Part shown: piece by piece, positions 26,002-35,572 of the stretch
How positions within the stretch are numbered: the first letter of the stretch is position 1
How the letters are laid out: each line of letters starts with the position of its first letter
Origin: an uncultured bacterium
GTDB taxonomy: Bacteria; Hydrothermota; UBA3073
NCBI GenBank assembly: GCA_964422625.1
Contig: CAYRBN010000001.1
Coordinates: 1 to 47,226 of the forward strand
Length of the DNA: 47,226 nt
Reading direction: 5' to 3'
Position numbers and translations under genes: made by a program
Notes under the pieces: model-generated
Told to the model about the DNA's origin: nothing
Seen by the model: the letters and a program-made list of their open reading frames with translations, nothing else
Database searches by the model: none

Positions 26002-28098
26002 ATGATTTTTCTTTATTTAGTCATTTTAGCCATCCCTGTATGGTCTACTGATACCTGGGATGGAGGAGGGGGACAGTTCATCTGGAATGATACAAGTATG
26101 TATCTATATTCAGAGGGGTTATGTGGAGGAAGATTCCATGGCAAGATTGTACTCTATACCCCTTACCTTTCAGAACCACATTTTGTCAATCTTGAGGGAC
26201 TGAAGGAACTACATGTCATTATCCAATTACCTGATGGGAGGATACTTATAGCAGGGGAAAAGAATAATAGCGGAGTTATATATCTGAGTGAGGATGGAGG
26301 ATATACATGGAGTGAAGCAGTGCTACCCCCAGATATTCTCTCTGTCAGATCTCTAACTTATTATGATGGAAAATTTATTGCAGGAGTTACAGATATTCAT
26401 AATCGGGGATATATACTCCTTTCAGATAATGGGATAAGCTGGACACTAGAGAGTGGACATATGGAACATTCTATTTTGTCTCTCCTTGTAAGGGCGGATG
26501 GATACGGGTTTGCAGGAACAGGAAATCGCGGATGGCTGTACTGGACAAATTTTGCAAAGGATTGGAGTGGGCTAACAGTGATAGGATTATTAGGTATCAG
26601 AACCATAAACCATCTTTACCAGACATCCTCTGGCAGGATATATGCGGCAACAAGATCTACAACCAATGAGGGAAGGGTGTTCTATTCTGATATTGGTGGA
26701 ACAGGTGGATGGGAACTTATCCCTTCTATATTTGGACAGTCTGCATACTCTATAGCAGAGGATGATAAAGGGAATCTATATGTGGGAACAGGAGATTTTG
26801 ATGGAAGGGTATTTGTGATACGGGAAGATATTGTGAGTGGGACCCCTGCGACCGGAACCCAGAGGGTCAATTCTGTCCTCTCTGATTTTGATGGAGATAT
26901 ATACATTGGAGCAACCTCTTTTGAGGGTGGAGTCAATGTTGGAAGAATCCTCGTCTTCTCTAATGGTGACTGGGTCCACTCGGTCAAGGTGGACACATTG
27001 AGAGCAATAAGGGTTATTTTCATCACCCAGGATGGGAAGTTGGTCTTTGGTGGTGAAGGTAGCTATATCGGGGTTTACGGACATAGGAGAGAGGGTTTTC
27101 TGGTCTCTTCAATCTATGATGTTGGCACTGATAATGGGAGTGTCCGATACCGCTATATTGATTGGGATGGTACCCTAAACGGTGGAGCGATCACGGTAAG
27201 GGTAAGGACAGGAACATCCACTGATACATCCCAATATCTCCCCTGGGAATACTGCCCCCCACTGGAGAAAGGACAGTTCCTTGAGGGTGTAAATGGTATC
27301 AATCCTGGGGATAGATATATCCAGTACAGAGTGGACATCTCATCGCCCTCATCTGCCCTGACACCGCTATTTCATAATATTAGGGTATTTTACACGATAG
27401 ATACTGTTGGTCCTATAATTACGAGTACGGAAGTATTTATGGAACCAGAATCATATCCATATATAGATTCTTTAGACCTTGTATTCAGTGAACCGACAAA
27501 CCGTCCTGATATATATATAGGAAACATTGACAGGGTTCTATCTCTCTCAAATAATCACTCATGGCTTTCAAGTGATGGGTTTATAGGAGGGATTGGCTGG
27601 GTCTCTGATGAGAGACTCCGAATAAGGCTTCTCTTCTTTGGTGACACGCCTGCAACAGTGCGTATTGGGGATATGATATATCCCGACTCATCCACAATAA
27701 GGGATGAATATGAAAATCCAAGTGTTAGGCCTGTTGCTATTAAACAGATCGGTATAGAAGAGAGAGAAAAATTAAGAATTACGAATTATGAATTAAGAAT
27801 TTATCCAAATCCGTTCAGAGGCTTCGTGCGTATAGCGTATAGCGTAATGCGTAATGCGTCAGAGAAACACTCTACGCCTAACGCTCTACGCCCTACGCCT
27901 TACGCTTTACGCATCTACGACCTCTCAGCCCGCCTCATCCGCACCATACCGATTACCGAACACCGATTACCGATTACCGAAGTAACCTGGGATGGCAGGG
28001 ATAAACAGGGAAACGAGGTAAAGTCAGGGGTATATTTTATAAGATTGGAGGGGACCTCTTTCCAGGAGATAACAGAAAAGGTTATACTGATCCGATAA
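26002..28098 (+). CDS. secreted BNR/beta-propeller protein with T9SS C-terminal sorting domain
   Basis: Signal peptide, BNR motifs (SEDGGYTWS, SDNGISWT) and a C-terminus IYPNPF...LRIYDL...VTWDGRDKQGNEVKSGVYFIRL. Confidence 0.8.
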   Translation: MIFLYLVILAIPVWSTDTWDGGGGQFIWNDTSMYLYSEGLCGGRFHGKIVLYTPYLSEPHFVNLEGLKELHVIIQLPDGRILIAGEKNNSGVIYLSEDGGYTWSEAVLPPDILSVRSLTYYDGKFIAGVTDIHNRGYILLSDNGISWTLESGHMEHSILSLLVRADGYGFAGTGNRGWLYWTNFAKDWSGLTVIGLLGIRTINHLYQTSSGRIYAATRSTTNEGRVFYSDIGGTGGWELIPSIFGQSAYSIAEDDKGNLYVGTGDFDGRVFVIREDIVSGTPATGTQRVNSVLSDFDGDIYIGATSFEGGVNVGRILVFSNGDWVHSVKVDTLRAIRVIFITQDGKLVFGGEGSYIGVYGHRREGFLVSSIYDVGTDNGSVRYRYIDWDGTLNGGAITVRVRTGTSTDTSQYLPWEYCPPLEKGQFLEGVNGINPGDRYIQYRVDISSPSSALTPLFHNIRVFYTIDTVGPIITSTEVFMEPESYPYIDSLDLVFSEPTNRPDIYIGNIDRVLSLSNNHSWLSSDGFIGGIGWVSDERLRIRLLFFGDTPATVRIGDMIYPDSSTIRDEYENPSVRPVAIKQIGIEEREKLRITNYELRIYPNPFRGFVRIAYSVMRNASEKHSTPNALRPTPYALRIYDLSARLIRTIPITEHRLPITEVTWDGRDKQGNEVKSGVYFIRLEGTSFQEITEKVILIR
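27769..27980 (+). repeat. four heptamer arrays embedded in-frame inside the T9SS CTD coding region
   Basis: aattaag x4 (27769-27802), gcgtata/gcgtaat x4 (27828-27859), the inverse word ctacgcc x5-6 (27872-27912) and ccgatta x4 (27949-27980). Confidence 0.85.
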
Positions 28099-28121
28099 CA
28101 GGTGGAGCATCTTGCTCCACA
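28097..28121 (+). repeat. 25-nt hairpin repeat aacagGTGGAGCAtcttGCTCCACa
   Basis: Identical 25-mer at 36122-36146. Degenerate copies at 13815-13841 and 8989-9007. It begins inside the stop codon of the upstream gene and has no T-run. Confidence 0.8.
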
Positions 28122-28149
28122 GAAAGGAAAGTTGATAAGAGGAGCCATT

Positions 28150-29571
28150 ATGAAATTTAGACAGATTGATAATATCAGATGGGAACTGGAGAAATCTGGC
28201 GGTATGAGGGTGGCAGGTCTTATATATGCGGACAGGGAGCCTCTCGGGCATATTGAGGAAGAGAATGTGGCAGAACAGGTTGCAAAGGTTGCACACCTTC
28301 CAGGTATTGTTGGCTATTCACTTGGAATGCCTGATATCCACTGGGGATACGGATTTCCCATAGGAGGGGTCGCTGGAACGAGAATGAGTGATGGCGTCAT
28401 CTCCCCTGGAGGTGTTGGTTATGATATAAACTGTGGAGTGAGATTGCTGAGAACAGGGCTTACAGAGGATGATGTCAGACCAAGACTTGGACAGCTTCTT
28501 GATATGATATATAACAATATCCCCTGTGGAGTCGGTTCAAAAGGCAAACTGAGATTGACACAGGGAGAACTTGAATCTGTCCTGATGCTGGGCGCAAGAT
28601 GGATGGTGGAGAACGGTTTTGGAAAGAAGGATGACTTGCTTGTATTAGAGGAGGAAGGATGCCTGAAATATGCAGACACCGCGAAAGTGAGCAAGAGGGC
28701 ACTTGAGAGGGGAAGACCACAGCTTGGCACACTCGGTGCTGGCAACCATTTTCTTGAAGTTCAGGTAGTTGATAAAATCTATAATCCAGCAGTTGCAGAT
28801 CTGTTCGGGCTCATTGAAGGTGAGATAACTTGTATGATTCACACAGGTTCAAGGGGATTTGGGCATCAGGTATGTGATGACTATCTCAGGGTCTGTGAGT
28901 CTGCGGTGAAGAAGTATCATATAAACCTTCCTGATAAGGAACTCTCCTGCGCTCCCATAGATTCAAAAGAGGGAAGGGACTATCTTGCTGCTATGGGCTG
29001 TGCTGCAAACTTTGCATGGGCAAATCGGCAGTGCATAACCCACTGGATAAGAGAGTCATTTATTAGTTTATTTAGAAATGTCCAACTGGATATAATATAT
29101 GATCTTGCCCATAATATAGCAAAAATTGAGAAACATAAAGTGGATGGAAAAACTTATGAGATCTGCGTGCATCGTAAAGGGGCTACAAGGGCGTTTCCAA
29201 AGGGACATAAAGATATCCCAGAGATATATAGAGATGTTGGTCAGCCAGTTCTTATCCCTGGTGATATGGGGACACACTCTTATATACTGGTAGGGACTGA
29301 TATCGCAATGGAAGAAACATTCGGTTCCACCTGTCACGGTGCAGGGAGAAAAATGTCAAGACATAAGGCAGTAAAACTGTCAAAAGGAAGGAAGATTGAC
29401 AAAGAACTTAAAGAGAAGGGAATTCTGGTGCGCGCAAAGTCCTATAGGACACTTATGGAAGAGATGTCTGATGCCTATAAAGATATAAATAGGGTGGTAG
29501 ATGTTGTGGAGCGTGCAGGAATTTCAAGAAAGATTGCCAGGATGAGTCCCATAGGAGTTGTAAAGGGATGA
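28150..29571 (+). CDS. rtcB: RNA-splicing ligase RtcB
   Basis: GYDINCGVR, HTGSRGFGHQV and CHGAGR motifs. Start at MKFRQID, preceded by AGAGGAG. Confidence 0.95.
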   Translation: MKFRQIDNIRWELEKSGGMRVAGLIYADREPLGHIEEENVAEQVAKVAHLPGIVGYSLGMPDIHWGYGFPIGGVAGTRMSDGVISPGGVGYDINCGVRLLRTGLTEDDVRPRLGQLLDMIYNNIPCGVGSKGKLRLTQGELESVLMLGARWMVENGFGKKDDLLVLEEEGCLKYADTAKVSKRALERGRPQLGTLGAGNHFLEVQVVDKIYNPAVADLFGLIEGEITCMIHTGSRGFGHQVCDDYLRVCESAVKKYHINLPDKELSCAPIDSKEGRDYLAAMGCAANFAWANRQCITHWIRESFISLFRNVQLDIIYDLAHNIAKIEKHKVDGKTYEICVHRKGATRAFPKGHKDIPEIYRDVGQPVLIPGDMGTHSYILVGTDIAMEETFGSTCHGAGRKMSRHKAVKLSKGRKIDKELKEKGILVRAKSYRTLMEEMSDAYKDINRVVDVVERAGISRKIARMSPIGVVKG

Positions 29572-29576
29572 ATATA

Positions 29577-29615
29577 GTAGTGAGTAGTGAGTAGCGAGTA
29601 GTGAGTAGTGAGTAG
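29577..29615 (+). repeat. gtgagta heptamer array just after the rtcB stop
   Basis: The sequence reads gtagtgagtagtgagtagcgagtagtgagtagtgagtag. Confidence 0.9.
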
Positions 29616-29655
29616 GGCTAACCCTTGCGGTTACCCAAAGAGTAGAGAGTTTAGT

Positions 29656-30618
29656 ATGCTTAAGATTGGTATAACAGGGATACCAGGTAGTGGCAAGAGC
29701 ACGATATTTACCGCCATTACCGGCAAGGAGGCTACATATAGCTCAACACCAGATGTTTCGGTGGTACCGATACCAGATGAGAGACTGGACTATCTTGCGC
29801 ATAGCCTAAAAAAAGAGAGAATCGTTTACGAGACTATGGAGTTTGTAGATGTGAAGAGGGAGAGTAACCTTTTGAAATCAATGGATGTTCTACTTCTGGT
29901 TATTCCATTGTTTTTAGGGTCTGGCTCTCTTGAAGGATACATAAAAAATATTGAAGATGAATTTATTCTTGGAGATATGGTTCTGTGTGAGGAGAGATGT
30001 AAGAGGATTGAAAAGACTAAAAAAGAGGAGATAAAGGGAGAGATGGCACTTTTAAGCAGATTGAAAACCTCCCTTGAGCGAGGCATACCGCTTCGGAATC
30101 TAAAATTGGTATCAGGTGATGCCAGGGTTATAAAAGGCTTCACATTCCTATCAATAAAACCTTGTATCTATATCCTGAACCTTGATGAAAAACAGAAAGA
30201 GCCCGAACTAAAGCCAGCGTCAGTTCATAATATCAGGGTCTATGGTGAGATTGAAAAGGAGGTTGTGCTTGCAGGGGATGAAGAGGGGATGAGAATGGAA
30301 TTCGGACTTCATGCCCCTCTGAGAAAGCGGGTCAGAGATGTTATCTATGATCTCAAAAATATAATAACATTCTATACTGTTGTAGGTAAGGAGGCAAGGG
30401 CATGGAATGTTGAAGAGGGAACGGTTGCAATTGAGGCAGCAGAAAGGATACACTCAGATATTGCACATGGTTTTATAAAGGCAGAGGTTATCTGCTATGA
30501 TGCGATAAAGGATCTGGGGGATTTTTCCCTAGCACTAAAGAAGGGTAGGGTTATACTTGAGGGAAAGGGGTACAGGATAAGAGATGGGGATGTGATAAAG
30601 TTCCGATTCAATCTATAA
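29656..30618 (+). CDS. ychF: YchF/OLA1-like P-loop ATPase (shortened)
   Basis: Walker A GIPGSGKST. YchF C-terminal domain signature RAWNVEEGTVAIEAAERIHSDIAHGFIKAEVI. Confidence 0.75.
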   Translation: MLKIGITGIPGSGKSTIFTAITGKEATYSSTPDVSVVPIPDERLDYLAHSLKKERIVYETMEFVDVKRESNLLKSMDVLLLVIPLFLGSGSLEGYIKNIEDEFILGDMVLCEERCKRIEKTKKEEIKGEMALLSRLKTSLERGIPLRNLKLVSGDARVIKGFTFLSIKPCIYILNLDEKQKEPELKPASVHNIRVYGEIEKEVVLAGDEEGMRMEFGLHAPLRKRVRDVIYDLKNIITFYTVVGKEARAWNVEEGTVAIEAAERIHSDIAHGFIKAEVICYDAIKDLGDFSLALKKGRVILEGKGYRIRDGDVIKFRFNL

Positions 30619-30695
30619 TATCATGGACCACTGTGATTCAGACAGTGGACAGTGAAATAGAAAGCAAGTTTAGAACACGAAGTGTCTGTAACATT

Positions 30696-30749
30696 GGAAT
30701 TTAGGATTTTGAAATTGTTTAGGATTTAGAGTTTAGGATTTAGAATTTG
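30696..30749 (+). repeat. gaattta/ggattta heptamer array
   Basis: The sequence reads ggaatttaggattttgaaattgtttaggatttagagtttaggatttagaatttg. Confidence 0.85.
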
Positions 30750-30772
30750 TCCTTTATACAGTGGGACTTAAT

Positions 30773-32278
30773 ATGGTAAAATGTGTCTTTTGTAGTAGCG
30801 AAATTAGGAATATATTCCTTTTTTGCCCTTATTGTGGCAAAAAACAAAAAATTTCCTGTCCAGGTTGTGGTGAAAAGATTCCCGTGGATTCTTCTGTATG
30901 TGAATTTTGTGAAATACAGGTGGGGGGGTTTGAGTCTGCAAAAGTTATATGGGACGAAACAGAAAAATTGATGGAGAGATGCGACTACGATGAGGCAAGA
31001 ATAAGGGTTGAAGAGCTTATCACCAACAAGACTTACAAAGATAAGGCAAGAAAGATGATGGATGAGATAGATAGAAGAATAAAGACATACAAAGAGAGTA
31101 TCAAAATGGGTGATAATTATCTGAAACAGGGCAGACTGGTAAGAGCAAGGGATGCCTTTAAGAATGCACTCAAGGGAAACCCCAGTGACCATCGTTCCTA
31201 TCTTAAGCTTACAGAGATAGAGAAGAGATTAAAGGGTAGAAGATTGAAGAGGGTTTTTTTGGTTATAACTATTCTGCTTCTATCTTCTATAGCCTACTAC
31301 CATCATTACAGAAACAGGCTGGATATAATAGCAATCACCCAACTTGAATCACTTCTTGATAGTGACTATGAAGATATAAGAGAGGCATCTGCACTGACAC
31401 TTGGATGGATGGGAAATAGAAGGAGTGTCCCTCTATTGAAGGAGATGCTTCACACAGATAATGAGACAAAGAAGATCTACGCCTTATCAGCCCTTGCAAT
31501 GGCAGGTGAAAGACGGGTAATCGCACCCCTTCTCATCCTGATAGATGAGGGAGAAGAACCATCCCGCATAGCGGCTCTCTATTCTATCTATAGAGCATTG
31601 GGAGACTTGAGGACTGTCTCGGTAGAGGAGGGAGATTCATTGGTTATTCTTGGCAAGGCTTTATTAAACCTATCCCTTGGAGATACGACTCAGATTGGTC
31701 TAATAAGGAGGAGCCTCATCTCAGATGATACAGAGGTATTTACAACCCTCTACCTTCTTATGCTTCTTGGAGATGCGAAGATGATATCTTCTCTTATTTC
31801 TGATATAAGTTCTCATCTTGAATCGGATGACAGAGAGATAAGAACCATTGCAGCGCTTATCTTACAGGAGGCAGGTGTCCCGGATGTACCCGAGACCAAA
31901 CGAATTCTGTGGGAATCGCTCATCACAGAGAGAGATGAATCAAAATACGGGTGTTCTGTGCGTAGACTTGCTCTCTTGCGGAATATTATATATATGCGAG
32001 GGGATGAGGAGTTTTTAGTCATGCCTGACATTGCATCCCTTCGCGAGAGGCTTCACCACTTACTCTCTATTTATGAACTTGGTAGCCTAAATAGAGAGGA
32101 TGATATTATACCACTTCTCTCAAGCACCGATATATATGATAACTTAATAGCAAATCTCTATCTGTTTATTATAGAGAGAGAAAGAGGTTCAAAGGAGGTT
32201 CTTGAAACATTCTTGAGGCATGACAACAAGAGAGTCAGGTTTGCCACTGCGAAGCTGATATTAAATTTTCTCTTATGA
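30773..32278 (+). CDS. double-zinc-ribbon / TPR-like / single-TM / HEAT-repeat protein (paralog 1)
   Basis: CVFC..CPYC..CPGC..CEFC at the N-terminus, TM segment VFLVITILLLSSIAYY, then HEAT-like repeats (DIREASALTLGWMGNRRSVPLL...). Confidence 0.6.
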   Translation: MVKCVFCSSEIRNIFLFCPYCGKKQKISCPGCGEKIPVDSSVCEFCEIQVGGFESAKVIWDETEKLMERCDYDEARIRVEELITNKTYKDKARKMMDEIDRRIKTYKESIKMGDNYLKQGRLVRARDAFKNALKGNPSDHRSYLKLTEIEKRLKGRRLKRVFLVITILLLSSIAYYHHYRNRLDIIAITQLESLLDSDYEDIREASALTLGWMGNRRSVPLLKEMLHTDNETKKIYALSALAMAGERRVIAPLLILIDEGEEPSRIAALYSIYRALGDLRTVSVEEGDSLVILGKALLNLSLGDTTQIGLIRRSLISDDTEVFTTLYLLMLLGDAKMISSLISDISSHLESDDREIRTIAALILQEAGVPDVPETKRILWESLITERDESKYGCSVRRLALLRNIIYMRGDEEFLVMPDIASLRERLHHLLSIYELGSLNREDDIIPLLSSTDIYDNLIANLYLFIIERERGSKEVLETFLRHDNKRVRFATAKLILNFLL

Positions 32279-33276
32279 TCTGCTTCTATCTGATACTGAC
32301 TATTCTCCTCTCTTCTGATACCGTTTTAGAGGACACAATAATACGAGATTTTTTTGAAATCCCCATCTCTCGTATTGCAAAGGAAGAGAGCTTTATAAGA
32401 ATGGCAATCAAGGAGGGGATAGTAAGAGATAGACCTTTAATACTTCTGAAACCAGAGGAACTCAAGCCTGTAAAATTTACGAGGGAGAGGGAGAGAGAGA
32501 GACTTATCCATCAGGACTTCTTATTAGAGGAAGAGCGAGAGGTCCCTTCTATAATTGAGGTACCAGAAAGGCATAAGATAGAGATAAGACCAACCGAGGA
32601 GCTGGTAAGGATAGAGATAGAGCCAGAGCTGAGGGATGAGGAACTTATTCTTGGTGAGGAGATAGAGGTGCTAAGAATGGATGTAATTAGGGTTTTAGAA
32701 AAGGGGAAGAGAGATTTCACCCCTCTTATCTCTACTGCCATTTCTGTCGGCACTGTCCCTGTCAAGATAAGTGCAATCAAGGCCCTGGAGTCAGAAGAGC
32801 CCAGCATTGCCATACCTATGTTGAAAGAGGCATTAAGTGACCAGGCATGGAAGGTCCGACTTGAGGCGGCAAAAGGACTTGCCAGACGGGGTGAGGAAGA
32901 TGGATACAGGGAGATGAGGGCAGCGCTTCTGATAGAAGAGCCAGAGGCAAAGAGTGAGGCGGCAAGGGTGCTTGGTGAGATTGGTGATGTCAGATCATTA
33001 CCTGAGTTGAGAAGGTATATCTCCCATCCTAACCCGGATGTGAGAAAGCAGGCGATCATCTCACTTGGGATACTGAAGGACCAAGCATCTGTCCTTCTAA
33101 TAGAGTCTGCCCTATCAGATCCAGATGTGGAGGTGAGAGGCTCAGCCGCAAGAGCGCTTGGGGAGATAGGTGATTCTACTGCCATTCCAGCTCTCAAGAG
33201 AGTTATGCTTTCTGATGAGTGTTCAGTTATCAGGGTCTTTGCTGCGGAAGCCATATTGAGAATAGAACAAAAGTAG
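32275..33276 (+). CDS. membrane-anchored Glu-rich / HEAT-repeat (PBS-lyase HEAT-like) protein (paralog 2)
   Basis: ATGA overlap with the upstream stop. N-terminal anchor and E-rich repeats. Clear HEAT units such as DPDVEVRGSAARALGEIGDSTAIPALK. Confidence 0.6.
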   Translation: MICFYLILTILLSSDTVLEDTIIRDFFEIPISRIAKEESFIRMAIKEGIVRDRPLILLKPEELKPVKFTRERERERLIHQDFLLEEEREVPSIIEVPERHKIEIRPTEELVRIEIEPELRDEELILGEEIEVLRMDVIRVLEKGKRDFTPLISTAISVGTVPVKISAIKALESEEPSIAIPMLKEALSDQAWKVRLEAAKGLARRGEEDGYREMRAALLIEEPEAKSEAARVLGEIGDVRSLPELRRYISHPNPDVRKQAIISLGILKDQASVLLIESALSDPDVEVRGSAARALGEIGDSTAIPALKRVMLSDECSVIRVFAAEAILRIEQK

Positions 33277-33305
33277 AGAGTAGAGAGTTAAACAGGAGGC
33301 GTTAG

Positions 33306-34130
33306 ATGGTCTGTCCACAATGTAGAAACGCTATTGAACAAAATTGGTTCTTCTGCGCATGGTGCGGAGTAAACATTGTATATTATCATAAAGCGCTAGA
33401 GTACATAGACCATGGAAAACATCTTGAGGAGATATATAGATACGATGAGGCACTCACATCTTATCAGAAAGCAGTTTCATTTGGTATAGCATCAGATACT
33501 GTCGATCCTTTACTGGAAAAAGTATCTAAATTGCTTGATAGGTTTATCTATCTGAGTGACAAAGGTAGATCACTGAAAAGGAAGGGAAAGTGGAGAGCTG
33601 CTTATCTATCACTCAGGAAGGCATCTTTATTAAATCCGATAGATGATTCGATCAAAAGAGATTTAACTTTTCTTAAGGACAAGTTACAGAAAAGGTTACG
33701 GAGAAAGATTATATATATAGTAACAATTTTCACTCTTCTTGTTGTTGGAGGAACTAGTTATCTCTGGTATATCAATACTCCACAGTATTTAGCAAGAAAG
33801 ACACTGATAAAATCCACATATTCTACAAATGCAGTTGTCCGCAGGAGAGCAATTGAGGCAATGGGCAATGTGGGGGACAGGAGATTCCTTCCGATTATAA
33901 GAGAGTACCTTGCGGATTCGGATACCTATGTAAGACAAGAGGCAATAAGGGCTTTGTTCAAGATTGAAGATACTGCAAGTGTGGAGTATATAAGACCCCT
34001 TATGAAGGACGATGATGAGAGAGTGAGGATAACCGCTGCAAAACTACTCGCAGATATGGGTGATTCCTCTGCAATGAACTATTTGAGAAGATTCGTGAAT
34101 AGAGGAGAGAGAAGTGAGAGTAGTGAGTAG
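33306..34130 (+). CDS. zinc-ribbon / TPR-like / single-TM / HEAT-repeat protein (paralog 3)
   Basis: CPQC...CAWC, TM segment IIYIVTIFTLLVVGG and HEAT units (VRRRAIEAMGNVGDRRFLPII..., DERVRITAAKLLADMGD). RBS is AGGAGG. Confidence 0.6.
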   Translation: MVCPQCRNAIEQNWFFCAWCGVNIVYYHKALEYIDHGKHLEEIYRYDEALTSYQKAVSFGIASDTVDPLLEKVSKLLDRFIYLSDKGRSLKRKGKWRAAYLSLRKASLLNPIDDSIKRDLTFLKDKLQKRLRRKIIYIVTIFTLLVVGGTSYLWYINTPQYLARKTLIKSTYSTNAVVRRRAIEAMGNVGDRRFLPIIREYLADSDTYVRQEAIRALFKIEDTASVEYIRPLMKDDDERVRITAAKLLADMGDSSAMNYLRRFVNRGERSESSE

Positions 34131-34350
34131 TGAGTAGTGAGTAGAGCGTAAGGCGTAGAGCGTAGGAAGTAGAGCGTAGGGCGTAATCGGTTATCAGTAA
34201 TCGGTAAAAACCAGACCTCCCTCAGTCATTAATCTTGACCTTTGACTTTTAGACTTTTACACCTGGCACCTGACACCTGGCACCTATAACTTATTTGAAT
34301 TTGTGATTTGGAATTTGTTTGTGATTTGTGATTTGAAATTTGGAATTTGT
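34113..34350 (+). repeat. long concatenation of heptamer arrays (six or more words)
   Basis: In order: gtgagta, gcgtaga/gcgtagg, cggttat/cagtaat, cttgacc/tttgact, acacctg/gcacctg and gaatttg/tgatttg blocks. The first block encodes the last codons of the upstream ORF. Confidence 0.9.
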
Positions 34351-34367
34351 CTTAACCAGGGGGTATT

Positions 34368-34730
34368 ATGGAGTTTCTCTTGCTCGGAGGCATGATACTA
34401 TTGATGGGACTTACTGATAAGGTGAAAGCCTTTAAGAGCGCTAACAAGGCACTTATAGGCTTAAAGATTCCAATAGGTATAGTTGTATTCCTGGTCGGTG
34501 TTGTTCTCCTCACCACAGGTGGGATATATATACAGAGTATTAGCAGGGCAAGACTTGTATTTCCTGGACTTATGGGGATGATAGCTGGGGTCTTTCTTAT
34601 TATTGACTTGTTTAAGCTTATCCCACAGGCACAGGAGTCAATAGACAGAGTGACAAACGGCATAAATGCATTTCAGATCCCTATTGGAATCATAACAATA
34701 ATAGCTGCGATTACGGGGATGTTCCAATAA
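34368..34730 (+). CDS. small integral membrane protein (3-4 predicted TM helices)
   Basis: 120 aa, strongly hydrophobic segments, RBS GGGGGT. Confidence 0.5.
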   Translation: MEFLLLGGMILLMGLTDKVKAFKSANKALIGLKIPIGIVVFLVGVVLLTTGGIYIQSISRARLVFPGLMGMIAGVFLIIDLFKLIPQAQESIDRVTNGINAFQIPIGIITIIAAITGMFQ

Positions 34731-34903
34731 GTTCCCGGTCAAGAAAAATCTCTCTCGCCCCAGTTAAATAAAAACCAAAGACATTTAACGGGGTAAACAA
34801 AGACGCAAAGTCGCAAAGAAGTCTAAACCAGTACTGTCAGGAGGTAACTCCTGACACCACAGTATTCGTGTAGATTAGTGAAATTCGTGGACGCATTTCT
34901 TTC

Positions 34904-34932
34904 TTGACAAAATCTCTTTTAAGGAGTATAAT
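34904..34932 (+). promoter_or_regulatory. orphan consensus promoter TTGACA-17-TATAAT
   Basis: -35 at 34904-34909 and -10 at 34927-34932, followed by aaaaATGTAA. The next plausible ORF is the decayed PIN gene about 310 nt downstream. Confidence 0.6.
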
Positions 34933-35247
34933 AAAAATGTAACAGCTCTTCCTTGCAATTTCTATTTGCATGTTATTTGAAAGGGAGAGAGCGGACTCCC
35001 TGTAAAGTGGAAGAAGGAGTATTATGCTGATCCATATAAGACCACTTCATCAATACGAATGCGGCACAGAAGCCGTTTATAAACAATGGCCTGGACGCGC
35101 TCTTGCCACGCTTTCCTGAGCATCTTATATTGCAAACTATCCATGACGGGGTATTATATGGATCCACATAATCATTGTTAGGTGCTTGCAAATAGAGGAA
35201 GTGCATGTAGATCGAAATAAGTTGTATTCCGAAAGGGGAATATAAAC

Positions 35248-35511
35248 ATGTTTACAATTGACACTAATATTCTGATTTATGCACACAATGAGGATTCTGA
35301 ATTTAACAAAAAAGCCTCTGAATTTATGGAAAACGTAATGAATGAGAGGGATGAAAGCGGCAATCTATTAGTTTGTATACTGCCACAAGTTTTAATGGAA
35401 TTTGTAAATGTCATTACTCGCCAAAACATAGATAAACCCCTTTCACTTTCAGATGCGATAAATGTTGTTCATGATTATTTAGAAACAGGCATATCGGAAA
35501 AAGATATTTGA
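35248..35511 (+). pseudogene. decayed PIN-domain (VapC-like) toxin gene
   Basis: PIN N-terminus MFTIDTNILIYA. The ORF stops after 87 aa. The next frame reads FDVALAATLKDT, which resembles the third acidic PIN motif (D..AA). No intact antitoxin ORF lies upstream. Confidence 0.55.
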
Positions 35512-35572
35512 TGTAGCGCTTGCCGCCACACTTAAAGATACTTGACATTAAGCAATTATCCCAGAATATGCG

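Noticed and set aside
32511-33254. 247-aa antisense ORF inside the HEAT-repeat gene. Similar long antisense ORFs lie at 3252-3614, 9237-9656, 17192-17560, 18290-18712, 38759-39202, 43203-43691 and 43950-44417.
   Set aside because: All lie opposite well-supported genes. They translate to Ser/Pro/Leu-rich low-complexity strings typical of the antisense of Glu/Lys/Gly-rich genes, and they have no SD. They are treated as shadow ORFs.
34973-35206. 77-aa minus-strand ORF and short plus-strand frames upstream of the PIN remnant, considered as a VapB antitoxin.
   Set aside because: There is no SD, no AbrB/RHH/MazE-like pattern, and the plus-strand frames are broken by stops. The antitoxin appears to be lost.
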